The position numbers and the translations under genes were made by a program. DNA of 63,955 nt, counting the filler, from Reticulomyxa filosa (taxonomy: Eukaryota > Protista > Foraminifera): assembly GCA_000512085.1 (NCBI GenBank). It is 20 parts of 20 records of this genome, joined end to end, with 100 filler letters (N's around TTAATTAATTAA, not from the genome) between each part and the next. Parts side by side here need not be neighbours in the genome. Positions count along the whole stretch, not along the records: positions 12,940 to 16,882 come from ASPP01016952.1; positions 16,983 to 18,175 come from ASPP01011817.1; positions 18,276 to 19,354 come from ASPP01033795.1; positions 19,455 to 22,820 come from ASPP01004974.1; positions 22,921 to 29,191 come from ASPP01026176.1; 15 more parts are not named here. The stretch is one strand, 5' to 3'. Of this stretch, positions 12,972 through 24,112 are shown in pieces; positions within the stretch are counted from its first letter, which is position 1, and every line of letters starts with the position of its first letter. The notes beneath the pieces were generated by a model. It saw only the letters and a list, made by a program, of their open reading frames with translations, was not told the origin of the DNA and ran no database searches.

Positions 12972-13336
12972 TTACCAGAGTATTGGCTTTTGTGTTTGGG
13001 ATTTCCCTTGTAGTTGTTAAATGCGTAGTTCTCGTCCACTCCTGGAGAACGCGAGGGGGCACGCTGGCGCCCGTCATCGTTTCCTTGGATATCATTGTTA
13101 TGATGGGCCGCCCGGCCGCTGTAATCGTGAAGACTATGCTCCTGCTTGTTTTTACTTGGATTTACTGATTGACTACGAGCGCGCTGTGGCTCAACGTGCT
13201 CGTACACTGGCGCTGGTTGGGCGTGGTACGAAGCACGCCTTTCTTCTGGCGTTTCGATTTCAATTGAAAGTCTATCATCCGCATAAGGATTATACTCCAG
13301 AGCTGGTGCAACATCTGGTTGGCCTTCTCCCTCCAT
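12972..13336 (-). CDS. Hypothetical protein, first exon
   Basis: ATG at 13336, hydrophilic GC-richer ORF (MEGEGQPDVAPALEYNPY...) ending at a probable donor near 12975 before a poly-T tract. Confidence 0.55.
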
Positions 13337-14559
13337 TTAGTATCAATTTTGAATTCTTTGGGAAAAAAAACGTTGAAATTTTTTAATTGTTATATGTTGA
13401 TTTGGACTAACAACCTTCTTTTCTAACCCTACGCAAAACTTGTTTAAAACGTCGTTAACCGTTTTTATTTTTTGTCTTGTTTTTTCATAATTGAATAATC
13501 ACGCTGTCTTTTAATACAAACAATTTAAAATTAAATCCATTACATCCAGACGTATTAATCATCATTGGCCAAGTTGGAAATACTTGTAGCCACTGTCAAT
13601 TGCATCTTTGGAGTATTAATGTGTAATTATTTTACAAATATGAAATTTTTTATATTCCAAACATAATCATCAAAATTATGACTGCTATACAGAATTACAT
13701 GTTAAAACACGCTGAGTAGTATACGTTGAGAATTTTTTGTTTTTCATTGTAAAATGACAATCTGGAATATGTCCTTTCAAACTTCAATTTTCCAAAAAAC
13801 TGCTATGCAATGCAATTTTCATTTCTCGCCATAGTATATTCAAACTGTTGTTATGTTGTTTCAAGGTCATACCTACTGTCTCCCGAATGTGATGAAGAGT
13901 ATCACCACTCATTAGATTTTTGGAACAGAAAAATCTGCATAAAAGTGCGTGCAAAAAAAATATCTTTCTTAGCTTACATTAATTTCTAACCTAAATTTTG
14001 TAAAAAAACTAATTGTAAAAACAATAAATTATATCTCAAAAAAATTATAAAAAGTGTGATGAACGTGATAAATTTTGGAGACCCCAGATATATATTTAAA
14101 TTTCAAAATTGAATTTATTACAATTAATGTTGAAATATCGTTATCAAGGTTAAGTGGACTTCATTTATGATTTTTTTTTCATATTAAATTATTATGAATT
14201 ATGTAGAAACAAAGTAAATGTAATGTTTTACTGTTCGTGTACAACACTTCTTTTTTGAAAATTTACAAATATCTTATTTTTCAAAAAACCTGGTTCAAAA
14301 AATAAGCCACATGATGATGTTGTACAACAAAGGCTTTATATGTATTAATTTAGCTAGACTTGTAAAATTTTAACAAATAAAAATTAAGATTGAATTTTAT
14401 AATTGAAAATAATATCAATAAAATTAAAAAGATTATATCATTCTGAGGTTTGTGTCAATGTTGTTTTTGACTTGTTTATGCTCTTTCTATACTTATTTAC
14501 TATTTTTGTGCTTTGTATTTGTTTTGCAAATAATGTTTTTTGCTTCAGTTTTTCCACAA

Positions 14560-14830
14560 ATCATCAAAAGGCTAAAAACATTGGAGAACTGCGAGTGTTC
14601 AAGGATCATTTAATGTATGTACTTGCTGCCAAACTTTCACCGGACAGTCGTACTGTTACAAGTGATAAAACCATTCGAATATGGAACCTGGAACAGGGTT
14701 AGATTACGTTTAATCTTTCTATTTAGAGTATTTAAGAGTGGCGTCTTTTTGATCTTTCAGAATACAGTTTTTCAGAAAGTAAGTCGGGCTTCCTTGTGTA
14801 GATGGAACGTTCAAACAAAAAATATTATCA
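14560..14830 (+). pseudogene. WD40 repeat remnant
   Basis: ELRVFKDHLMYVLAAKLSPDSRTVTSDKTIRIWNLEQG* and ASLCRWNVQT: WD40 pattern (F.GH...V....SPD.....S.D.TIRIW) with deletions and a stop. Confidence 0.6.
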
Positions 14831-14937
14831 GCAATTATGCTAGCATCATATACAGTTTGCTGTGCTTATCTCTTTTGTGGATATGTCATTTTCCTCTGTT
14901 AGTTTTTTTGTTTTTGTTTCAAAAAAAAAAAAAGTAG

Positions 14938-16790
14938 GGCCAACACAAGAAGGGGTCGTCAGGAGAAAGAGGCAAGACAAGTGCACGAGAGAAGAGCAAA
15001 AAGAATGAGATACTAGCAACAATCCGAAAAAACTTGGATTCGATGTTACAATTGAAAGGTGAGATTCATAAAGAAGACAACGTGGACAGTTCAAAAGCAA
15101 AGCATGAGTTAGCAATGCTGTACCAAAAGACAGCCTCATTGGTCAGTTATCAAAAATCTCTTGGCGAATACTCATTAAACCGACAAGACTGTCAACAAGC
15201 AGCTATTTCTGCAGTTTTGTGATTTGTACGTACCAAACAAACTATTCATCATTTTTTTTTTTCCTTCCTTTCTTTCCCCCTCCCCCTCCCCCTTATTAGT
15301 TTTTTCATTATCCCCTTTCTCTTGCACCTGCCACATACTCAGTATGTATCACTTGACTCCCTCCCTCCCTCCTCTTTCTCTTCTATGGGGGGAAAAAAAA
15401 AGAGCTGCGTAGAGATAAACGAGAAAATGCTAGAGTTGGAGAATATCGAATACGAAAAAGCAAACTTGATAAAGAACATTGGGATATGCCGTGACTACAA
15501 AGCGAAAAACGCAAAACCAGACATCATACCATTGGAAGAGTTTGTCGCATTAAACCCAACCGTGGCAAAAGAAGTCGCAAATGATCAACACTTGCTTTAC
15601 ATTGCACGCTTGAAATTTGAATTGTTTCAAAGAAGAAAGTTTTGTTATTTGTATCAGACATATATATATATATATATATATGTATTTTTGTCTTCTTCGA
15701 AGATAGACTGTTAAAAGACTTGGAAGAGGGGAAAAAGAAGTGCGATGCAATGTCGAAAGAGTGCCAAGAAAAAAAGCAGTTTTTAGAAGGAATGTCTTCG
15801 CTGATCCATAATATATGCCAAAGTGTGACGCCCTTCGAGCAATATATGAGTGTGTCATCGTCGCCATCGATGGCCGCCACGACTTTGCCTTTGCCTTTGC
15901 CTTTGGCGTCTGCGATTGACGATTTGTCGCCAATGCTTTTTTCGCTGTTCCATTCTCTTCAATTGCAAACACGTATCCACTCCGACATCAACTCCATTGT
16001 AAATGTACTTATCGCCGGAGGGAAACACGTCGTCCTTTCACAACGTTTTGATTCATCCTTTGCATAGTATACATACCATATATGTACATATATGTATACG
16101 TATATATATATATATATATGCATATACATTTTGTGTGTAGTAAATTCAAAGAATATTATTGTTGTTGTTGTTGTTGTTGTTATATTTGCGAAAATAAAGA
16201 ATGGGAAAGCAGCGAGAAGAAAGAAGACGAAGAAAACAATAAGCATTCTCATCACAGTGGTTCGGAAGCATCACGGTCAGCACGCAAACGCAAAAGAAGC
16301 GAGGACGGAGGAGATGACCCGTCGCCCAAGAAATTGCGCACGGATTCAGGTTATTGATAATATTCACACTACTGCAAAATTATGCAAATAGCACATACCA
16401 TACATGCATGTATATACATATATATAAATATATATATATATATATGTATATAAAGAACATAGTCTGCAAGCAGCGAAAAAAGAATGCCACGGAGGACAGC
16501 AGCCGCAACGCCGCAAAAGGCCGAAAGTGTGGAGTCGTACGTGGAGGCGCAGAGTGAGGACGACGTGCAAAGCGTCGAGAAAGATCATTTGTATCCGTAT
16601 TCGGTGTGGGTCCATTTCAAACCGATCCACGTCATGCTCCAATTCCGCGAAGCAAGAAAGGAAAGACTGTTGGTCGCTGCCGTCCATCGACAAAGCATGT
16701 CAAGTAGCTCGTGGAATCCCGTCTCTGATGCGTCTTTATTCGCCGATTTATTTGAAGGGCATTGTGAAGTTCCTTTGCCCCCTTCTCTTT
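14938..16790 (+). CDS. THOC5: THO complex subunit 5 (FMIP family), multi-exon, partial
   Basis: INEKMLELENIEYEKANLIKNIGICRDYKAK...DIIPLEEF...DQHLLYIARLKFELFQRRK|LLKDLEE...KKQFL matches THOC5 (L.LQNL.YE..HL.KEI..C..F.S....I.L...EEF....HQ..LARL..EL.QRK.L). Exons are separated by (AT)n introns. Confidence 0.85.
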
Positions 16791-16982
16791 AGTTTTGCTT
16801 TGCATATATGCATGTATACATATTACATATATATATACATATATATATATATGTATATATATTTTTTTTTTTTTTTTTTTTTNNNNNNNNNNNNNNNNNN
16901 NNNNNNNNNNNNNNNNNNNNNNNNNNTTAATTAATTAANNNNNNNNNNNNNNNNNNNNNNNNNNNNNNNNNNNNNNNNNNNN

Positions 16983-17111
16983 CTGGTGATCGCGTTGGGC
17001 GTCGTCGACAATCTCGGCAAAGGCGCCGCCGGCCAGGCAGTGCAGAATGCGAACCTGATCTGCGGCCTGCCGGAAACCGCGGGGCTCGACGGCATGCCTG
17101 TATGGCCATGA
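16983..17111 (+). CDS. argC: N-acetyl-gamma-glutamyl-phosphate reductase, C-terminus (bacterial)
   Basis: [42 protein letters not shown]; [14 protein letters not shown] is the ArgC signature. Not in the ORF track. Confidence 0.95.
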   Translation: MVIALGVVDNLGKGAAGQAVQNANLICGLPETAGLDGMPVWP

Positions 17112-17148
17112 CGAGGACGGGCCAAGCGAAGTCCGGCAATCCGTCGAG

Positions 17149-17496
17149 TTAGGTCGTGCGGCGGGTCGGACGGCAGTTGAAGGCGAGCGGAGTGCCGGCA
17201 GTTTCACGCAAGGTGGCGAGATCGTCTCGTCCGGTCCATTCGGTCGACGTACTGGCGTAGCGGAAGCCGGGCGCGCTGCCCTGGTACTCGAGCCGCCACG
17301 TCCGGTCGCCCATCGTCACCGAGGCGCGGTTCTTGGCATAGACCACCGACACTTCCTTGCGGCCGTCGCAGAGATAGGCGATCCCGGTGGGCGTCGCCTC
17401 GTCGGGCGCCGGCCGCGGAATCGTGGTGGTCAGCGGCTGCTCCTTCGGGGCGCAGCCGCCGATCAGGATCAACGCAAGAATCGACAGGCGCTTCAT
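17149..17496 (-). CDS. MliC-family lipoprotein (putative c-type lysozyme inhibitor, bacterial)
   Basis: Signal peptide with lipobox (MKRLSILALILIGGC); YLC...VSVVY...A...L...SAPGFRY....EW.G..D.ATL...C fits MliC/PliC (SASGARY motif). GGAGG-like RBS upstream. Confidence 0.75.
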   Translation of the reverse strand: MKRLSILALILIGGCAPKEQPLTTTIPRPAPDEATPTGIAYLCDGRKEVSVVYAKNRASVTMGDRTWRLEYQGSAPGFRYASTSTEWTGRDDLATLRETAGTPLAFNCRPTRRTT

Positions 17497-17545
17497 GGTG
17501 CGCTTTCCTCCTGGGCCGACCATAGCAAATCGCCGAGGAGACGGA

Positions 17546-18175
17546 ATGGCCCTGTTCAAGCTGCGCGACGGCGCGGAACTCCACTACGAGGTCCATGGCA
17601 GCGGGCCCACGCTGTTTCTCGTCGCTGGACTCGGGGGTGACGGCCGCTGGTGGGGCGACAACGTGTCCGAGCTGGCGAAGCATTTCACCGTCGTCGTGCA
17701 CGATCACCGCGGCACGGCGCGCAGCAGCCTGTCGAGGATCGACTACAGCGTCGAGCAGATGGCCGACGATGCGCTCCAGCTCATGGAAGGCCTTGGCTAC
17801 GGCAAGGTCCATTGGTGCGGTCACTCGACCGGCGGCGCGATGGGCCAGATCCTGGCGGTCGAGCATCCGGAGCGGATCGACCGGCTGGTGCTGAGCGCCA
17901 CCTGGGCGAAGACCGACGCCTTCTTTCGCGTCTGTTCGAGGTGCGCTCGCTGATGCTGCGCGAACTCGGCCCGGCGGCCTATCTGAAGTCGAGCGCGCTG
18001 GCGCTCAATTCGCCCGCCTGGGTGCGCGACCACGATGCCGATCTGGTGGCCACCGAGGCGAAGGCGCTGGAGACCATTCCGGTTCCCGAGATCGTCCTGT
18101 CGCGCATCGCCGCGATCGTGGCGCACGACCGGCGCGAGCAGCTTCAGAAAGTGACGGCGCGCACTCTGGCCGTCT
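17546..18175 (+). CDS. Alpha/beta hydrolase, RutD-like (bacterial), partial, 1-base frameshift near 17930
   Basis: GAGGAG RBS, AGLGG oxyanion loop, HDHRGTARS, GHSTGG nucleophile elbow. After the frameshift RLFEVRSLMLRELGPAAY resembles the RutD cap (RCF.VR..LL...G..A.). Confidence 0.85.
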
Positions 18176-18275
18176 NNNNNNNNNNNNNNNNNNNNNNNNN
18201 NNNNNNNNNNNNNNNNNNNTTAATTAATTAANNNNNNNNNNNNNNNNNNNNNNNNNNNNNNNNNNNNNNNNNNNN

Positions 18276-18897
18276 ACAAGGACAAGAAATGATGAAACCA
18301 AATAAACAAAATTATCAAATGCTGCTATTTTGTGGAAATACAGGATTATCAATTAAATATGATGAAGATAACAGCATTTTTCAATTTAATAAACTACCTG
18401 TTTGCAAGGATATTGCATCATTCAATTATTACGCATATGTGTGTACCAACGATATAATTTTGTTTTTTGGTGGATATGATAATTGCATTTGTTCAAAATC
18501 AGTGCACGAGTATTCAATTCAAAAATATAAATGGACGACATTTCAAAACACTTTACTTAGCACATTGTATCTTTGTGTTGCAACATTGAATGAAGAAGAT
18601 AGTCATATACACATCATTGGAGGAAGAGATGATAAAGATATGGAATTACCAACTCACATAAAGACTAAAGTTCGTGCATGGGATTCTTCATATTTGGTAA
18701 TAATTTGTTTATTTATGATTTATTTATCTTAATGAAACACAAATAAATTTGATAATATGAAACTGATTAACAAATAATATAATGAAAAGTCAAGATATGA
18801 AATAAAATGTATTGATCAATATTGGATCCGAATTTTAAAGATAAAATTAGGATGGATCGATGATTTTGATAGAATTATTCTGAAATACAGTCGATGA
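18276..18897 (+). CDS. Kelch-like beta-propeller protein of an expanded lineage-specific family, 3' part (2 exons)
   Basis: ILFFGGYD..., IHIIGGRD, YS...KW kelch motifs; intron 18697-18789; last exon SRYEIKCIDQYWIRILKIKLGWIDDFDRIILKYSR*. Confidence 0.75.
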
Positions 18898-19454
18898 AAT
18901 AAATTTTGAAGAAGCACCAAAAAAATTAACAATTTGTAAAAAAACATGAAACCAAGAGATAATTTTATTATTTCAAATTGTGATATTGCTTTTACCAAGC
19001 CTTGATCTTTTAAATTGAAAGTTGCACAAATCTCTGCTAATTTCTCTATTATATTTTCCATGTTAGATATTTTTGTTTTTCAAGTGTATTGCAAATGACA
19101 TTGTTGTATTAAAATATTTAAAGCAATAATTTGTTAGAAAATATTGCTTCAAATATTTTTGTGTATTCGATTACCCATGTTATTGTTGTAGTTTCTTAAA
19201 AAAGGAGAACGTATCGTTTTTCCAAAGAATTACTTAAACCTCACCATCAAGCAACGTGACATATTTTAAACACTCTTTATAGTAAACTCTTAATGATTTT
19301 TTGCATTAAAATGTAATTGACAGCGAAACAAAGAAAATGCCAATTGTCAAAAACNNNNNNNNNNNNNNNNNNNNNNNNNNNNNNNNNNNNNNNNNNNNTT
19401 AATTAATTAANNNNNNNNNNNNNNNNNNNNNNNNNNNNNNNNNNNNNNNNNNNN

Positions 19455-21783
19455 TGGAATTCAAAGGCACTTGCATCACCTTCAATACCGTTAACGGCAC
19501 ACACTTTGGAAAGCAGACATTCGATCAAGTGACCAATGGTCATACGAGATGGAATGCAATGAGGATTAATAATTAAATCAGGACAAATACCATGACAATT
19601 GAATGGCATGTCTTCTTGACGATAAGTCATACCACACGTTCCTTTTTGACCATGTCTACTAGCAAATTTGTCGCCAATCTGTGGAATACGACAGCTCCTC
19701 ACACGTACTTTCACATAGCGTTTTCCTTCTTCATTCGTGGTCAAGCAAACTGCATCAACAATACCACTCTCTGATGATCGTAATGCTACACTTGCATCTC
19801 GTCGATTTTGTCGAGGTTTGGCACGTTCTTCAGGAGTATTACTGGAATAGTTTTTATCTAATATTTCAAATTACACATACATAATATATGTCAATATAGT
19901 TTTTGTAAAAAAAAAAAAAAAAAATGTCTTAACGATAATCTTCTTCAACTTCCAAAGGAGTTGTCTTTCCAATGATAATATCATCTCCAGAAACTCGTGT
20001 GCCTGGTGCAATCAATCCATCTGGTTCCAGTTTATCATATGTGCCAAAGCGTAGACCAGTGGTAGTTTGATGGGATGGCTTTTCAAACATTTCCTTTTGT
20101 CCGTGTCCCAGTATATTTTCCTCTTCAAAGTACGAGCGATAAAAAGTGGAGCGCATGAAGCCACGATCAATGGATGATTGGTTCAAAATAATTGAGTCCT
20201 CCTGATTGTATCCGGAATAACAAGCAATGGCGACAATGGCATTTTGTCCGGCTGGAAGTTCTCGAAACTTTAGATATTCCATCGCTTTGGTGGCGGCCAA
20301 TGGTTTTTGCGGATAGTGCATCACGTGGGCTGTGGTATCAAATCGCAGCTGGAAGTTGCTCGCGTACACGCCCATGGCCTGTTTGCCCATTGCTGACTGA
20401 TACACATTACGAGGACTCTGATTGTGATCAGGGAAGGGAATGATCGACGCGCAAACGCCAAGGATCATGGAGGGATGGATTTCACAATGAGTATATGTTT
20501 CACTGTATGGCTGTGATTCCTCGAGTTCGGCGTCGGTTAATCGGAAGCGTTCGTTCTCAATTGTCATGCCACTATTCCTGGCATTTTCGAGACCATTATT
20601 TTCCACAAACTGTTTCCACTTGTTGAAGCGAATATTTTCGCGACGGTTGATATCATTGACCAGCATGCATATCATCACCGTGTCTTCTTCTTCCACGTCC
20701 AAGTATTCAATCAGACCATGTTCCACCAGCGAGTCCCATTCCCAAGTCGTGTCTTGTATTTTCATCATGTGAGATGTGCGGATCTTGATGGTCTGCGTTT
20801 CGCTATCGACAATGTACAAAGGCCTCATGGGACGACCCGCATCACACCAGATTTGGATTTCCTTGTCTGGGATTTGCCACACGATCGACACCTCCTCAAA
20901 GTTGCGCATCGAACGACGCACATCACGTAACGCGCTGACGACGTCTCCGGGATTACGCGCGACACCATACCACGCGCCATTCACAAACACTTTGGTCGTG
21001 TCCGGGATGACGTTGGGAGATATATCGTCCAACGACTCCATGGAATACTCGTCCAAAAAGTTCAAAATGAAATCTTTCTTCGCGCCCACTGACACACTGG
21101 CCATCAATGACAAGTTCTTCACCAGCCCGCATGCCTGTCCTTCCGGCGTCTCTGCTGGACAACACATGCCCCACAATGTATTGTGCAACATGCGCGGCTT
21201 CGCCAGCTTGCCGTCTCTCCCCAGTGGCGCGTTGGTTCTGCGCAAATGCGACAGTGTAGACGCGAACGTCAAGCGCTGCAACACTTGACTGACCCCTGTC
21301 TTTTTCGACGGGGCGCGGTCTTGGGTGCACCAATTGCCCGTGGCCAGCGAGTATTTGAGACCTTTTGTGATCATTTCGCCTTCGTCAAAGATTACGTTCA
21401 AGTCCATTTGCAATGCCTCGTCGTTATTCACTTTGCGCAGCGCCTTGGGCTTGGCGAGCAGCAGGGTGCGGTTCCACAGCACGCGAAACATGGCGCCCAA
21501 CAAAGGACCAGCCACGTCGAGTCGCTTGTTGCCAAAGTTATCTCTGTCGTCCTCTTCGCGACGGCCCAAGATGGTCTTGCACAGTTTGTTTACCATGTAT
21601 CCTAAGAAAAAGGCTTTCTTCGTTTCGCAAAACTCATTCACTCCAATGTGGGCTAAAAACTCTTTTTGTAGCACATCTTTGGCCCACGCTATTCGTTTTT
21701 CGCGCGGTGTGCCGGGAGCTGTTATATGTATAAAACGTGTGAATATAAATATGAATGTGAATATGAATAAATAAATTGATTTG

Positions 21784-21820
<37 letters not shown>

Positions 21821-22736
21821 TGATTCATTTATTTATTTAAATACGAAACCACATCCTCTTCGTCCGATGAAATCCAAAGCCAGGTCTTGCGTTTGGATGA
21901 AATAGCTCTCTTCGAGACTTGGTCGACACAGCTCCATGATTTGTGTGTCTTTAAAGTCGTATACGATGAGCTCGAGGATGGACTTGTCGCTGACAAAGGA
22001 TAGAGCGCGAAAGACGATGCACAAGGGTATGTCTTGACGCACGTATGGGATGGTGACTTTGAACACGTCTCCGCTGACGGGCGTGGACACGGGCGGTTTG
22101 ACCTGTTTCACGTAGTTGGCGATGACATTGCGATTGCTGTGTTCCAAGTGGCAGCGAATTTCGGCTTGCCATTTCTTTTCGGCGTTGCGATAGCACATGA
22201 CGTGGTTGGCTGCCATGCGCTCTTGCGACAGCAGCACACGCTCGCGTCCGTTCACCAAAAAGTAGCCGCCTTGGTCAAACGGACATTCGCCGTACGCCAT
22301 ACCATCTCTCGCCGTCCCTTCTTCCACCTGTCGCTGCAACGTGCAAAGCAAGCTGCGGACCATCACCGGGATCTTCCCTAGGCGCACTTTCTCGTTGCTC
22401 TGATGCAGCAGTCCTTCCTCCAATGTGTCGTCGTTGATCAAGTAGATCGTCTTCACCACGTCCACGTCAATTTCTGCTGCGTAGTTGAAGTTACGAATTC
22501 GACAGTTGTTTGGAAGCAACGGCTCCTCACGATCGTCGTCCACGCCTTCGTTTTTCACTGGCGGCGTTAACCACACTTGCTTAAATTCCAATACCAACCT
22601 CACTCGGTAGTCCAATCCATCGTCCGAACATGTCTTTGGGTTCCCGATCACCACAAACTGTCCGCTGTCGTCGATTATCTCTTGGATTGTGCTATTTGCA
22701 AACTCGTTGTACGAAGCAATTTGCTGTCGCGCTAAC
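19455..22736 (-). CDS. RPB2: RNA polymerase II second-largest subunit, partial (3 exons seen)
   Basis: [101 protein letters not shown]. Introns at ~21720-21852 and ~19858-19933. Confidence 0.99.
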
Positions 22737-22920
22737 CTATTTCATATCATTTTTTTTGTTTTATTTATTTCATTTTTTTTTTTAAAAAAAGTTTGCGATT
22801 TTGTCGAACTTTAAAAAGTTNNNNNNNNNNNNNNNNNNNNNNNNNNNNNNNNNNNNNNNNNNNNTTAATTAATTAANNNNNNNNNNNNNNNNNNNNNNNN
22901 NNNNNNNNNNNNNNNNNNNN

Positions 22921-23176
22921 TTGATTGTGAAGATCATGAAGATGAATCTTATTGTACAACATGTAATACAAAGAATATTTGGAATATTTGTGCGATGATA
23001 ATGGTGATTCATATTTATATACATATACATATATGTATAATCATTTAAATGTGAATTTACAAATTCAAACAGATTATTGGATATTTGAGCATGTATGCGA
23101 CAATGGTAAGACTTGTATAACATTGGATCATATATGCAATGGAATCAAAGATTGTAATGATGCTTCTGATGAATGC
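22921..23176 (+). pseudogene. LDL-receptor class A repeat fragment
   Basis: DCEDHEDESYC (end of one LDLa repeat) and VCDNGKTCITLDHICNGIKDCNDASDEC (second repeat), in different frames and truncated. Confidence 0.75.
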
Positions 23177-23189
23177 TTGTTTGTATCAT

Positions 23190-23482
23190 TCAATATTTCA
23201 TGTCAGCTTGAACTACTGAATCATCAAATCTATTTTTATTAACTTTCTTCCGATTAATCGTTTTGCATCAAATACTGTGTTTTCTGCATTTTTTGCAGCT
23301 TGATTCTTTGCTGCTGTTCCCACTAATCTTTCCGTATCACTGAAAGATACATAAGAAGGGGTTGTTCGCTCTCCCATATCATTTGGGATAATTTCCACAG
23401 TGTTGTTTTTCCGTGTACCAACACATGGGTACGTCGTACCCAAGTCAATACCAATTGATGGTTGCTTTTTAGAAGAAGTCAC
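23190..23482 (-). pseudogene. HSP70: Cytosolic HSP70 N-terminal fragment
   Basis: [13 protein letters not shown]...[18 protein letters not shown]...[12 protein letters not shown]; after removing 23230-23243 it continues [12 protein letters not shown]. No ATG, S->P in TTYSC, W->stop, truncated after ~90 codons. Confidence 0.92.
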
Positions 23483-23689
23483 TCTTAAACTAAATAATCA
23501 AAAGTTTCAAAATATTAGAATAAATAAACCAACAAAACTTTTTGAAAATGAAGAATAACTCCCTCTTTGTCGAACTACATTTAGCTAAAAAAAAAGAAAG
23601 GAAAAATAAAGTATTAAATATTAAATAATTAAGAAAGATACAATAAAAAAATAAAATGATATTTAAAAAGTACACGATTTGTATATATT

Positions 23690-23773
23690 TAAAAAAAATT
23701 AGGTCTGAATGTTGTTTTTTCATGTAGAAATCAATCATCTCTATAAGGTGAACTTATTTTGCACTCTACTGTA
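23690..23773 (-). mobile_element. Tc1/mariner-type terminus (TA|CAGTAGAGTGCAAAATAAGTTCACC) with subterminal sequence
   Basis: Reverse strand reads TACAGTAGAGTGCAAAATAAGTTCACCTTATAGAGATGATTGATTTCTACATGAAAAAACAACAT; the latter part matches the subterminal sequence CTTATAGAGATTGTGTTTCTTCATGAAAAAACAACAT (63440-63476) of the transposase-bearing element. Confidence 0.7.
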
Positions 23774-24112
23774 GCTCTAGAGCAAATTAAATTCTCAAAA
23801 CTGTTTATAAATCTAGTGACATACAAAACAATACAAGTACTTTACAAAGCAGTAAGTTGAATTTCGCTGCTCTCTTTATATTGATGCACTAACGATATTA
23901 CTCAAAATGCAATTGAGATCTTTATTATATAGTTTGTATGTGCCAATTTGCCGCTAGAATACTAACTCAAAATTTTTGACATTTTCATTTTTCATTTACT
24001 TTTATTTAATTTTTCTTACAAATTGTATTAGTGCATTTCGTCGGATTAAAGAAACAATGTTGATTAATTTGGAGTTTGAAACTCCTTTTCATAGTATATT
24101 AAAAAGTTTATC

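Noticed and set aside
15660-16882. (AT)n/(ATGT)n and (GTT)n arrays as functional elements
   Set aside because: Ordinary intronic microsatellites present in many introns of the window.
17204-17866. 220-aa antisense ORF and other overlapping ORFs in the GC-rich contig
   Set aside because: Shadow ORFs of MliC and the hydrolase, expected at high GC.
19455-22736. Alternative genetic code (TAA/TAG reassignment) suggested by stops in several genes
   Set aside because: RPB2 and other long exons have no internal stops, and TAA, TAG and TGA all end genes; the stops are explained by introns and pseudogenes.
16983-22820. Operon-like association or HGT linking the bacterial genes with neighbouring eukaryotic genes
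   Set aside because: Separated by spacers; no physical linkage is shown.
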